Source of the DNA: Magallana gigas
Taxonomy: Eukaryota
Direction: 5' to 3'
Length of the DNA stretch: 64,000 nt
NCBI RefSeq assembly: GCF_963853765.1
Contig: NC_088858.1
Span: 12,462,001-12,526,000 of the forward strand
The translations under genes were made by a program, and so were the position numbers. The notes under the pieces are model-generated. The model saw nothing but the letters and a program-made list of their open reading frames with translations, had not been told where the DNA came from and searched no databases. Each line of letters begins with the position of its first letter. Position 1 is the first letter of the stretch. Below are positions 23,001-37,088 of this stretch, one piece after another.

Positions 23001-26000
23001 CTACAGGTGTGTCATCTTCATGCCAAATAACCAGTCCAAGGTAGGATGCTGCAATCTAAAACACTATTGTTTTTTAGAGTTTTATTATGCTGTTATTAAA
23101 ATTTAAAAATGAATGCACTTTCTTTGTTAATTTTCTGTATATTTTGATCTTGCTACCGAGATTAGTTTGTTTTTTTCAGGAGAAAATTGAATGTCTTCAG
23201 ACTCTTGGAGCTGAAGTTTATCCTTGCCCTGTAAAACCTTGGACTGATCCCGATAACTATAATCACCAGGTCAGTCAGAACAGATTCACTGAGTTCCAAG
23301 AAAGTAGTAAAGTTGGAAATTAAACAAATTAACATGTATGTGACTGTGTAATGTTTCAGGCTGCTAGGTATGCACAGAGTTTGGAGAATGCAGTGTGGAC
23401 AAACCAGTTTGACAACACAGCCAACAAAAGAGCCCACATTGAAACAACAGGACCTGAAATCTGGCAGGAAACTAGTCTGTTTACAATTATCCATCAAGGC
23501 TTTTTCAATATCATATCAAATATTTGGGATCTTACTTTCCTAGTTTTCACTAGAAATATTTAATGTACATTCCTAGGTTAATTGATCCTTTGATTTATGG
23601 ATTTGTTGCTAGTTTTCATCCATAACTACATCAGAAGCACTTTTCCAAAAAAAATAAGAGTTGAAAAACCTTATTGATTGTTATTGTCAATGTTTGATAG
23701 TAAAAAAGTGTGACAAATTTCTGATATTGATGTAACATGTGCTTACCATTGGTAGACGGTAAAGTGAATGCTGTTGTGTTTGGCACTGGAACTGGGGGGA
23801 CGTTGGCAGGAGTGGGCACTTACCTCAAAGATAAAAATAAAAATGTCCAGGTTTTCCTAGCAGATCCCCAGGTAAATGCTTTCAAATTATTTCTTCTCTG
23901 GTTCACTTACTTTTCTCTGATGAAGAGGTGGCTTACACATTCTAACAGCAGTTCTATATGCCCTATACTGATATAGAAATGGTATTTTTATGACATTTGG
24001 TGACAAAATTGAATATGGGTTTGATATTTCCTAATGAAATACTAGAACTATTCATTACTTAACAAAACTGCATGGTGTTTTTTTTCTCTTTTTTTGCAGG
24101 GAAGTGTGTTATATAACTATATAAAAAATGGAAAACTTGAGCGAACCCCTGGGGATTCCATAACAGAGGGCATTGGCCAAGGACGTGTCACTCAAAACTT
24201 GAAAGACGCACCAATCGATGATGCTCTGGCAATTAAAGATGTGGATGCTGTGGAATGGGTATAAAAGTACATTATTTAAAGATAGCACTGCCCATATTCT
24301 TACCATTCAATTTGTTTGGGATTATAATTTTTTTATTCATTATTTTCTTTTAAGAAAAAAGTTCCTATAGTTATGCTACATCAAGAGCAATAAAACAAAT
24401 AAACATCAAATTTTACTGTATTTTGTTGTATTTAGATACACACATTTGCATTTTGTACAAAAAAATATTTATACTTATAATGGCAGGGCAGGAAATAGTC
24501 TGCTTTTTCTAAAATCAAACAATAAATGGGTATTAAATATGAGTTGCATGATTTACCACTCCAAGGAATATTTTACATGGTTTAAAGCAAGTAAATGTTT
24601 AAAAGAAGATAAATGAAAAGTTATATGTCTTAGAAATTAATCATACTTTAACTTAAAAAAAAAATCATGCATTGATTTGCTGTAGACCTTCAGACTTCTC
24701 CACGAGGAGGGATTCTTTGTGGGTGCATCTACAGGACTGAATATAGCTGCTGCCAAACAAGTGGCTGAGTTAATGGGGCCGGGCCACACCATTGTCACCT
24801 GTTTGTGTGATACAGGCCAGGTAGGGGAATCCAACAGATTCTTTATACTTGTATAGCAATTTTTCAAATATAAATCTATGAAATATTTTAGAGATTCTGG
24901 AGAGTTTGATTTAAGAATTGTTTGAATAAAACTTGGGTCTCTAGAGATGTACAAAAAAATTGTATGGAAATACCGGTATATGAAAAAACCTATAAAATTA
25001 TTTCTTTCAAGAACCGCAATGCCCCAATTTGTAATAATATCATTGTTAAAGCATTTTGTCAGACAAATATAAGTTTGATTCTAAATTATTGAAACAGCAA
25101 TTTGGCCCAAAAAGAAGGCCAATGTTTAACAAAAGAATATTGGGGGAAAATATAAAATCTTTATAACAATATACAGGTACACTAGTAAATTATTCAGATG
25201 TTTTTGTATAAGACTTCAATAAGCTACTTAATGATTAAAGTTATGGCAGTTTGGTTCACAGTCCTCATGTTCTGATTGTGATATTCCTAGAAATCATTGA
25301 TGAAGAGATGTACATTGTACAAATGAAGATTTAATATTGCAATTGTTATTATTCTGTCCTATGGCACAATTATTATCACAAGGAATGTTTTTATGAGATG
25401 CATGTACAGTTAAATGCAAATGTAAAATGCAAATAATTATTTTCTTTCAAAACAAATTGGATTTTTATGCATTTATAAGGAACAGCCAGGTTACATAAAA
25501 TGTGATATATATATATATATATATATACTTTTTAAACGTACATTTATGTTATCATCATATCAACTAATTTGAATGATGGTTTAGATATTTGAAAATATAA
25601 CTCATTCTTTTCAGTGGTGTTTTCTAGAGCCAGTATTAGTTTAATTTCACAGGAGTAAATATATTCCTCCATTAGTAAAGGAAATTTATGCATGATTACT
25701 CATACTTTGATTTGAAATTAAAAAAAAATTACAAATATATATCGTTGTTCAGTCTTTCTCAAAACATAATATGCACTCGAAAATTTTAGAAAGGAATGTT
25801 GTTGTATGTGATATTGTATGTGCTATATAATTCATAAAGGAATGCTGTTGTCTGTTCTACATATTATATAGCACATACAACAGCATTCCTTTATGAATTT
25901 TGAAAGTGTTGGATAGGCACATGTATTTCTTAAAGCAATTCTTTCGGAATTCTTGTTTATGTTATGTCAATTTTTTAGAAATTTACTGAAAAAGCGTATT

Positions 26001-29000
26001 CCTCCCTACAAATCCAAAATATATATATATATATCCCTATATGATCCATCAAAAGTAGGAGTTGTCTATCTTACCTTAATATTCTTTGTTGTAGCGTTAC
26101 TATGGAAAATTGTATAGTAGAAAGGTTCTTCAGGACAGAGGTAAGAAATAATAAAAAATTCCAACTGAAACTGATAATTTAGCATACCACTGATTTAACA
26201 GTAATTTCAATTGATAACACATTAGAACATGTATATGTTATATATAAAAAGGATAGTGATTCTTCAATTTGCAGATTCAATTTTCATTATACTGCAGAAA
26301 TTTTGATTTTACTTGTTAATAGAAACACGGTTACATTTTGAAATAGATCATTTCATATCTTGTGTATCCTATCCCTGATTCTGATTTTGAAGTCCAAAGT
26401 CATTATAAGAGTGTAAGGCCAGAGCATCAAACAATATTGGAGCTCATTGAAGTTAACACATGTACATGTACTTGCATTTTACCTTCTTACTAGCATTTTT
26501 GTTAAATGTATAAACCATTTATTCGGGCTTTACACAACACTGTCAAGTTGCTGACAGTGTTCACAAGGCAATTGAAAATGAAAAAAGAGAATAGAGAGTT
26601 TTTGCAAATGAACATGTTGTTGTAGAAGGGGATCGTTGAACAAAGTAACTACTCAGTTTTCAAAATGTTCACATCTGGGAGTATACACACTTCCGATTGC
26701 TTCGTTTACAGAACTGTTTTGAGCAGACCCAACATTCCCATGTTTATGTTTTTCATGACGTTAAACTTACATTAAACAAATTCATCGTTATGTTCTAAGT
26801 ATTGTTATGTATACATTTTTATATGCATTTGTTAAGATGCATTTTTAAGAGTGTGACTGTGTATGTCTACTTAAAACTTACTAGTATAAGTGCATTTTAC
26901 ACTCAGAATTGTACATTAAAGTTACTTACCTTCAACGTGACATTTATCATACATGTATAAAAGTAACAACAGCTTCAAAGTTTGGACTACCAATAACTGA
27001 TGGTTAAAAAACCTTAATAGTTTTTTTTTTGGGGGGGGGGGGGTGTTAGTAAAGAGTACAGGTTAGAATTGTTCTTATATAAAGTTATTCAAACTGCAAT
27101 TTACTGGTAATGTCTATTAATATATTTTGAATGATTTGGAAGTGATGAGAGTATCCAGCATCTAACACAAAATTGAACTTTGTTATATGAAGTTCATATC
27201 TATTAAAGTAAACTTTTAGCGATTAAAAAAGGATGGGTGAATGGAGCTTATTTAATAGGATATAACTTACCTAAAACATAATCCTATTTTTCTGTTTTTA
27301 TTTATGTTTTTCAAACCCATCAATTGAATATTTTGATGTCATTGTTAACTTAACAGAAAATTCTAAAAATTTTGCCGAATGGATGAAAAATCAATAGCTA
27401 AGTGGATTATGTTGTAAAAAAAGTTATTATTCAATGGATCAGTCTTTAGTGGTTACTATAGAAATGAGTTTATATAACACAGTAGGTACATCTGCTCAAT
27501 ACTCACTAATAATAATTGGATTTAGATAGTTTACGCTTTAAAAACTGCTAAGCAGTTTCTGAAAAACTATAAATAAGCTGTCACAGTCCAAGTTTTAAGA
27601 TATAAATTGAGTACGGTAGTTAATGAGTTAATTTCCTTTCAATTGATTATCAACTTTTTTTCTACAGAAAATAAGCAAATTAAAAGTCCCTAATGTCTAC
27701 AAACAATATTAAATATATGTTTTGCATTTTGATGCATTATAGACACAAGTCATGTTGGGACCTAGGCAAAGTGTAAACCTTTCTTTTTTTTGACATAACA
27801 CACAGAATTGAATTTTTTTTGAATGACCTCAATTTTTAAAGTGTCAATTTATGATTATTCTTCCCTTGTTTAAAAACAATTCTAAGGAGAGGACACGGTA
27901 AGTGTTTAAAACCGCTCAACCCCATTGTTTGTTGCTTCATTAAAAAGAAACACCTTTACAAACTTAATAAAAATAGATTCTATTTTTAGCAACAAAAATG
28001 AATGGAATCTTTTTATATTACCACTGGTGTAAACAAAACATACTTGTTACTTGACATGAACAGTTTATTTTGTTTCCACTTAAAATACTTTATAAAACTG
28101 TTAATGTACGTGTATGAATATGTACATGTATGACTATTTATGTAAATGTTTTGTACCCTGAACGTTTTCCGTCAAAAAATAATTCTATTGTGTGTGATTC
28201 AAACAAGAAGTGCTTTGCATGTACATGTAATCAAATTGGCCTCTATTAAAGATGCTTTCATTGTTGATGTTTAACAGAATTATTTCGTTTGAAGAAATTA
28301 TATATTGATATCTATCTTTTATGCGCATGTGTTTAGACCCCAAGAAAATAGAGATGATCAGATTTTAACAACATTTTCAACATTGTCATGTACCTGTGAA
28401 TTTGTAGCCTTTGAACTAATCCTCACTTATACTTGGTTGGTATTAATTTGAGGCTATGAACACATCCTCTTTCATGATTAATTATGGAAAATGATTGTTA
28501 TCTATGACACGCCATATTGACAAATATGAGCTAAACATAGTTTCACAGTTGATAAACTAGGTTTTATATCGACAGTTAACTATAGTTTACAAATTGTAAA
28601 CTATAGTAAATGAATTATTACCTATAGTTTTATCGATAAAACCATATCTAACAGTTGTAAACTATAGTTTACGAATACCAATCTAAGTTTGTCTGTAATG
28701 AAACGTTCACAATAGATTTTGCTAATAAAAATTGATTCACATCTGCAACTACAATTTACATTCATGAACTATAATTCATAAGAGTTGTTTATCATAGTTT
28801 CACAAATTGTGAAACTAAATTTATCAGATCAACTATGTTCATCTTGGATAAAGGCTATGACCGTCCTTTTCTCAGAAGAGAATATCTATTCCTGAGTGTT
28901 TGTAATGAGAGAGAAAACAATGCATAGCATAAATTTACTGGTATATTTGATTAAACTATTATCATGTATGTTTATTTTTATCCTATATTGTCCCCTTTTG

Positions 29001-30399
29001 TTTAGATAAATCCCCTTTTGGAAACTTTTTAAGATTGGGTCCCTTAAGCAAAAGATGTAGTCATTGATCAACTCAATACCGTATTAAATGTATTTTATAG
29101 TGTCATTGCTGTAATATAGAAATGTATAGCATCAGGAAAATCAACAGCATGTTATGAAACTCAAAGAGGTGTTTATGAAAATTATGTCCTTGATAAAACA
29201 AGTGTTCAATTATAAAGTCTGGTTGCATGTTACAAAAGATACATATTTTATATTTCTATGAAATTTGATAGAGTAAATTTTGTAGATTAGCCTTTAGATT
29301 GCTACATATTACTTAGTATACAGGTACCAAACTATATACACATGTATCTTGATTCTCTAGACGATTTATTTGAAAATAGGGAGATACATTTCTCCAATTT
29401 TTTTCATTGACTTAGAAAATTTGAATATGATAAAAGTGTTATGTTACCGTTAAGATCATGCTGAGCTTTGGCAAGTCTCTTGAAAGTGTGTATATTTAAT
29501 CTGCAGTGAAACTTTAGAAAACAAATTACAATTCTCATAGCTGTTGTTTTTTGTGTGATTATGGGAAGGTACTTGTATGTTATGGCCATCCCAATGTTAG
29601 CGCTAACATTGTAAGAAAAATGCCAGAAACAATTTTTTTTACCCTAGGCCTGTTACATGATTATTATGCATGTCGCCATTTGTAAATTATATTTTTCTTC
29701 CAATGGAGGCCTCAATAAAAAGAAAACCAGAGAGATTGTCATTTTTAGAAAGAACGAGTAACAGAAGCATTTATGAAATTTTTTATATTATTTGAATTAG
29801 ACTAAGATGTATGGGAACATCAATAGTTTTACAACATCAGTGAAAAATAATGTATCATATTTGTTGCATTTATTATAAACATTAATGAATCCAAACATTG
29901 AACATACATATAAATACATGCATGATGATTTAACATTCTAATATTTGAAGGTAAAACCATCATGGAATGAATATTTCATTATGCAGAAATGTACATGTTT
30001 ACAGGTTTTAGTTGATTTATCTTTGTCTATTCTATACGAAAGCCCATTGAGCTCATTTTCATAGGTAAAAAGAATTATTTTTTTGCGAATAAACGCGTAA
30101 GTTTCGCGAAAAAAAAAATGCCTAACTTTTGTGAATAAACGCATAATTTTTGCAAATTCACGCCTAAACTTCGCGAATAAACCTGAAACTTCAATATAAA
30201 TTTGTCATTTGATACAAGAACTCTTAATATGAAGAATAACAATTGAAAAGTGTGTCTGACAATAAATTTTTGAGATGTTGAAGCATAGTTATGTGTTATA
30301 GAGTTGATTATATGCTGTATCTGTAGTAAATATATCAGTGTCAGTATGATAGACAGATTAAGTAAAGCTCTCTTAGACAGTATTATAATAAAACATACG

Positions 30400-30445
<46 letters not shown>

Positions 30446-31357
30446 TTTTGTGATAAGACAACTGAGTCTTCTTTATTAGACCATGTGTATCATTTAGTTA
30501 GCTGATGTCCTACAGATGAACTAGCAGTCTGATTACTCTTCACTGGCTCCATTATAATTATTTTGATTTTCGTGACAATCAAAATATAACAATGCCAGCG
30601 AAGTTTTGATTGTAATCAGACTGGTGTGCTTAACATTACATCAGAATTGTTCTTTCATATCCACAGCAATGATTAAGTAGGCTAAGAGTACTTTAGTTCT
30701 TGGTGGGGCCCACTTTGAAGAATCTCGCTCTCAATTATATTTTCAATTACAAAAGCACATCTACATGTGTGTTAGACACAGATGATTTATGTATGCTACT
30801 TTAAGTTACCAGTACATTATTTGATAGAAAGTAATTATTGCTTTGCTCCTCAAGATGCAGTTTTGAACTTAACCCTGAAATCAAGAGAAGAAAATGCGAT
30901 TTATAAGAAAAAAGAATTCTATGTTTCAAAATATTTAAAGATAAATCTGGGTTACATTTAATGATAAGTAGTGAATTTTTACGAATGACTCATTCCAGGA
31001 ATGGCTGGGCTTAAATAGGACGTCTTTAGATAGTAAAACGGTACAACTAAATGGCATTATGATATGGGATTCAATGTTTTCTTTAAGTTTGATTGCATTT
31101 TGGTGTCTTCATGGAATGTTTTTTGAATATCATAAATAAGGAATTCCATCAGAATTGTCGGAGGCAATTAGTATGTCAGGCTTGAGTGCTCAATTATAAC
31201 TCTTGAGAATTTACATAATCTAGCACTTAACCAAGATGTATGTTAAACTGCTTGTGTATGCTCAGTAGAAAGAAGAAATGAAACAACTTCAGGCAAATGA
31301 ATAGTCTTAGTTACCATAGTGAAGATCTGGTTATTTTGGTTATATTTTCAGAACTAA

Positions 31358-31388
<31 letters not shown>

Positions 31389-32995
31389 CACACAGCAAAA
31401 GGCTGTTAATATTGAAATCTTAATTAACGTTGCCGCTTCCTTTAAGTCTGATTTCGTACATTTTACACTGTTGATGGCACATGTACTCGGAAATGCTGTA
31501 GGGCAGAAAAACACACCACAAACTAGCAATACTGAAATATTTGTTGGTGACATATAGCTAAATGCACAGTGTCAGTGCCCATAACCTTGTACTTAATCCA
31601 AGGTTCATTAATCTTATCATTTCCCTGCGTTGAACTTGCCTTTGGTTATTTTCAGTCGATACTAATACAATTGTGAAAAACGATTTCCATTATTTTCTAA
31701 AAGTCATTCATTCTGAAATCAAAGCACCTAGACATAAAATACATATACACATGTATTGACTTATAAACTCATCGAATCTTTAATCACTGAAGCAGAAAAA
31801 CACCAATTAAAGTCGATTCTTAAGATTATCAAGTCTCACCCTTACATGTACCTTCCTTTGAGTGATGTTGATGAGTGAGAAGGATTCTAGTGTAGTCTAA
31901 CATTAGAAAACACATACTTCAAGCATAAGTGTATTTGATATATTTTTGAAGACTGCACTGCCGAATGTCTACAGTTTGCTAACCATCAATACAATCAATT
32001 TGGAACGTATTTATATCACTCATTTTATATCATCATTGCAGTCTTGTTTCATTATGGGAAATTGATACAGTTCCTGCTTCATAAGAGTGAAAGGAAAGTA
32101 ACACTTAAGTTTTTCAATTACTTTCACTTTCATTAGGACATCTACGATTGGTGTCATTATTGATAGCGAGGGAATGTTACGTGAATATTACTCAATAATC
32201 AAATACATACATAGCAATGCCACAAATCTTCTCAAATTGACAAGTGTTCTAGCCGTATTAAGCAGGGCATTTTGACATGCATGATCGTTCACTTAATTTT
32301 ATGATAGAAATTTGTAACGAAGCAAAACTAATGTTAAAGTTTGTGAGTCGATTGGGTATTACGTAAAAACAACCAGTCGACCCTAATAAGGTTCTCCGAC
32401 TCTCAGACCGCAAAGTTTAAAAGTTTTAATTAAGATGGTATTCTGGAGTTTCAATTATTGTCATCAATGTCCATCTGATTTGTATCGGGAGAGTTCAGTA
32501 GGTGAAGTGGAGAAACTTGTATTACCGTCAAACAAGAAATAAGCTTTTACACCGTTTCACCACTTCACTGAAACAGTTAACGATTACAGCCCATCGTAAG
32601 AAAAGAATGAATATGCTACAACTCGTTTTTGACGTATTATCCCGTATGTAATAGTGATCGAACCTTGCTAAGGGATGGACACCGTTAATGAATTTTACTA
32701 AACTACCAAATATGGAAGAAAAAAAAAATAACAGTTGTCTGAAAGCCATAATTAGAATTGATCATCAGTGCTGCAAAAATAGAGCAAAAAGTTAATAATA
32801 TATGAAAGTGACACTTAAAAAATGTGTCTAAATGCCTTTTTTTTTTTATTAAAAACATGTATAACATTCACAATAATCTAATTTTATGGGTTGTTTAGCA
32901 AGTGTTTTTTTGAGGCACCCTGTTACATGACTTCTTGTGTTTTAGGTTTGCTGGATGCCGTGCCCGAGCCGTATCGTAGGTCTTTGCACGACTAA
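20033..32995 (+). CDS. PLP-dependent cysteine synthase, fungal CysB/Cys11 type, with N-terminal mitochondrial-type presequence (362 aa)
   Basis: Exons 20033-20110, 22051-22088, 22188-22228, 22380-22475, 22916-23040, 23180-23269, 23360-23474, 23756-23871, 24100-24258, 24686-24820, 26095-26140, 32946-32995 join in frame (1089 nt). Motifs: [29 protein letters not shown] (PLP lysine), [57 protein letters not shown]. Exons 1 and 12 are less certain than the core. Confidence 0.92.
30403..30442. repeat. (GA)n microsatellite
   Basis: Direct observation. Similar tracts at 18598-18620, 31363-31388 and 55228-55261. Confidence 0.95.
30525..30623. repeat. Imperfect 99-bp palindrome (MITE-like) in cysteine synthase intron 11
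   Basis: Outer arms CAGTCTGATTAC and GTAATCAGACTG; inner pairings CTTC/GAAG, CTGGC/GCCAG and ATTTTGATT/AATCAAAAT. Confidence 0.5.
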
Positions 32996-33653
32996 CACGA
33001 CGGTCATTTTTCAACTCCTCGTGGAACTGGTGGTCTTCAGACCATGTATTCGAGACCGACAACGTGATAACTCAGCAATACTCTTCCAATCGAACATAAG
33101 TGATTCAATTTAGATTCTTTTAAAGTATACACAGGATTTGTAACCCATAAACTTAAATTAAGATTTTTTGAATAAGCACATTAGTAGCTTGTGTATGTCT
33201 TAAAGGGACATGTAACGGTGATTATTTTGTTTCTATGAGTGAAAGGGATATTTTTCACGGTTATGCAAACAACCTATGCTGCTGATAAGCGTAAAATATA
33301 CGCCTATTGTTTTTCTGGTCAAATATGATATTTGATTATTTTTGTACCATGCTGATATACTTTTCAATCTTCGGTGCTAATGTTAAAATTACTATTAAGA
33401 TGTTACGAACATCCGATCATGTAGCAAGATGATAGTAATGTGGTAGTAGCATGATCCGAATTGACTATACTAGCATTTTTTATTTAAATTTTGGCGATAT
33501 CACAAGTGTTTATGATCCACTCATACATATTTTGTAATAAAAAAAATCACAATGGAACACTGGTTTTAATTCATTTTATTTTTGACATGAATTAGGATTG
33601 TCTTTGCGCTGCAATAAAAAGACGAGTTTCTCGTAAAATTTGGTAACTACGAA

Positions 33654-33694
33654 ACGGTGCCTTGACATTCGGGGCATCGTTGGAAACGTGCTAG
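33654..33694 (+). mobile_element. Candidate Helitron 3' terminus
   Basis: 12-bp hairpin ACGGTGCCTTGA-CAT-TCGGGGCATCGT, then 10 nt, then CTAG|T. The 5' TC end was not located. Confidence 0.35.
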
Positions 33695-36581
33695 TTAACG
33701 GTCTCGCATACAAACCGTGGGCTTACTTGCTGATTATTTTTTATATTCTAGTACAAATGTAAATACATATATATATATATATTTATTAATTGTTTTATTT
33801 GGTGTTTTATTCAGAGACTGTGGTATAAAAACATGAACTGTTGACAGATTTTAAGAACCAATATCACTTTTGGTAACATTTCCTCCGGGTAATTTCTTAC
33901 CAACCAACTGGAGTATCATTTGAACTACTAGTACTCTCGAGAACGACAAACATTCGAAGAGTTGGTCCACGGTCAGTAATGCTTTGAGAGCCTTGCCTCG
34001 GGTTTCTGACGTTGCCCTCATCGGAACGTTTTTAGTCAGCTAAAATTGGCTTATAATAGCAAGTTCACATACGAAGATGATTTGCTTATAAAGGAATAAT
34101 GATTTATTAAAATATAATTAAACGGTAAGATATAAAAAAAAGTAGGTCGACAAGATTAAAACATATAAAGAAATTAATCAGTGCTTTTAAATTGTCATTT
34201 TGTGACATATTTTTTTAGTCTTACATGGGGTGTAGAGAGCTGATTTTCAAGTTGAAATGGTGAATAAAGGAATATCGGCGTTAAATACCACGTAAAGTAA
34301 AAAAAAAATAACTGCTATTGTTTCATATGTAATGATTTTTTTTTTATAATATAAAGAATTAATGATATATTTGTAGGAAGTTATTTATATTAAATGTTTT
34401 GTCCCAATCAGTCTATGCCATGTTTTCCATTATACATATTTTACTGGAGAACCATTATAAGCCTCTCTGTTGACTTTTGGTGACTTAACATCATTACGAC
34501 AGTTAAGGGGCTTTTTGTGTAAAATGCATTGCGTGTCAAGAGAAATAGCATATGCCAAGTTTTGTATCATTTGTAATTACAGCTAATCCCTACGCAGAAT
34601 GGGGGAAATTAATTTATTTTGTTTCTGCAATTGTTGTCAATTTGACATGGAAAAAGTCTTTGCCTTAGTCGAGTTGTTCTTTACAATTCCCTGTGTAACT
34701 ATTATATGAAGTAAAATACTTTTATCTATTAGATTAACTACAAAATGTTCATTTAAAGTTTACGATCGTGTAACTTTCGTTAATACTAAACATTTTGAAA
34801 ATTGCTTTTACACTTATTGTTTTCAGTTAGTCATGCCGAGTCAGTTTTCTGTAACTTTGTTGTCATGAAAGATTTAATGCATGAAATCTCAGATAACATA
34901 AAAGCATATCTTATTTAATTGGAAAAAATAAAAAGGCATGCATTTCTTGTTCTAAATTAAAGAAAAAAGATACACGTGTATTGTTTTATGTGAAGTACCA
35001 TGGCAAGGTATTTTTCTTTCCCTTTTCATGACCGTATGGTGTGTCCAATGTCATAAATATACACAATACGTAGAAATATAACCCTTCTACACCTAAGTCA
35101 TGAAAATAAGTATTCTGATGCTGTGTCTAATCAAAATGACTTCTTGAAATTGTACATCTTCTCGTTTTACATAATTTCATGAATAAAATGATTTAATGTT
35201 TGAGCAAATTACAAAAAGGTGCACGATTATTTATTAGATTAAAAGAAAAACTTTTTATTAACCATAGAAGATTCGAATTTTTTTTTCAAGATTTGCTCTT
35301 TAACATTGTATGCAGAAGGCTTACATACCGGTATTAGTAATACCCGCTGCCAAATTCAAGTGATTTTTGGCATCATGATATACATGTATATTAAAATCAA
35401 ATAGTCACATAAAAGGAACAAAAATAAAACATAAAAAAATAATGTAGATTATCCTTTTCCTACAAATTTGACAAAAAAATGATAAAGAACTCCCAAATTA
35501 GGAGCATCTGTTCATTGTAAATTTATCATATCGATTAACCAACGTGTGCGTGCGTTTGTATACAAGTATGCGAAACTTTAGCCGTCCGACTTGACTGTTT
35601 CATTTAAAGAAATATATTTAAAAAAAAGAAAGATTTAAAACTGAAACGATGCTAATCCTGAGAGACAAAGCGATAAAAAAAGTACGAAAAGAATGAATAA
35701 GCGTTTGCAGTACTGCTGCTTTAGGCTTTTATTTTCAGTGTGAAAATTGGGCCTTAGAACAAGACTTTGATCAGGATTTAACAACTGAACATTGAAGGAA
35801 ATTTCTCAAAAATTACAAAGTTTTAATCGTAGTATACCATCAATATAAAATATCTACCTCTGGGACAAATACTTTGATCGTGATCAGACATAGTCGATAA
35901 AGCACGCATCCGAATCTCCAGGGTAATATCATCAAATTCTTCTTTTCATACAACATGCACGGTCATTTATCAAACACTACATGAAATTTACATATTTACT
36001 GCACTGTACATATTTATTTTTTATACATGAACTTATTCTTATTTTCCTAAATTCACTTTGAATCACAAATGACACGATGTACTCTACCCAAATATGGTTA
36101 TTTAGATACCAATTTGACCACCTCTGCACATTTTAGCGGGAATTTGGTCTGAGAAACAATTCATGTACTATGTACAAATGTACTCATTCCGATTAATTGA
36201 TCTGGGGTTTTTATTAAGTTTTTGAAAGAACCTTGAGGAAATGCAGTTGAGGTTTGGGTCACTTCGTACAGCTTGCATTACTTAATATGGAAATACCCCA
36301 AACGAACTTCCGCAAATGAAGAAATATTGCGCAGCGTTCTGTTATCTAAAAGCAGTGGATTATATGAAGAAATATTTATGCCAGCGGTGGAAATTTGTTG
36401 CAGAAGCTAACGGGCGTTTCCCTGAAAAAAGCTTTTTATCAGTTGTGTGGGCAGATCGAACAATTAAGAGCGCCTTTTTAGTGATAAACTATTTGCTAAT
36501 CTTAGTGTCACAAATCACACCATGAGATTAAGGAAGGAAATCGTACTTATGCAGTGGGCAACTTCGTCTTGAAACAGTTTC

Positions 36582-36583
<2 letters not shown>

Positions 36584-36651
<68 letters not shown>
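36584..36651. repeat. (GA)n microsatellite, about 34 units
   Basis: Direct observation. Confidence 0.95.
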
Positions 36652-36654
<3 letters not shown>

Positions 36655-37088
36655 CGTAATTTTATATCCTCAACATTTAGGTTTTCCCAATCGCTGCCAG
36701 TGATAACATATTGCAAGACGATCATGAATGTCAGTTTGCTACTTAAAAATAAATTAGAGAAGTCACATTAGATAAAGGAAATAGCTATGCTTGTGTCAAA
36801 AGCAATCTCGGTGTAGTGAAGTGCGATATTTCCATGATGTATAAAATGCTGAGTCAATGATGAAAGAAACTTGGAAGTGTTGAGAGAAAAAAAGGTTGTT
36901 GAAAAAGACGCTCCCTAAACAAGTACGGTAGGGTAAAAGCCCTGTTGCTACCATAAAGAGGTAGACATTGGACAAACAATCATCTGTACTTGCTAAGTAC
37001 ACCAATTGGCATTAAGAATAGAGCGAGGAACAACATTTTAAACATCTTATAAATACAGTATCGAAAAGGCGCTTTTGAACTTTAATTT

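Noticed and set aside
31311-31553. Minus-strand ORF with a signal-peptide-like start nested in cysteine synthase intron 11
   Set aside because: It runs into a (GA)n microsatellite and I found no downstream coding exon; insufficient support.
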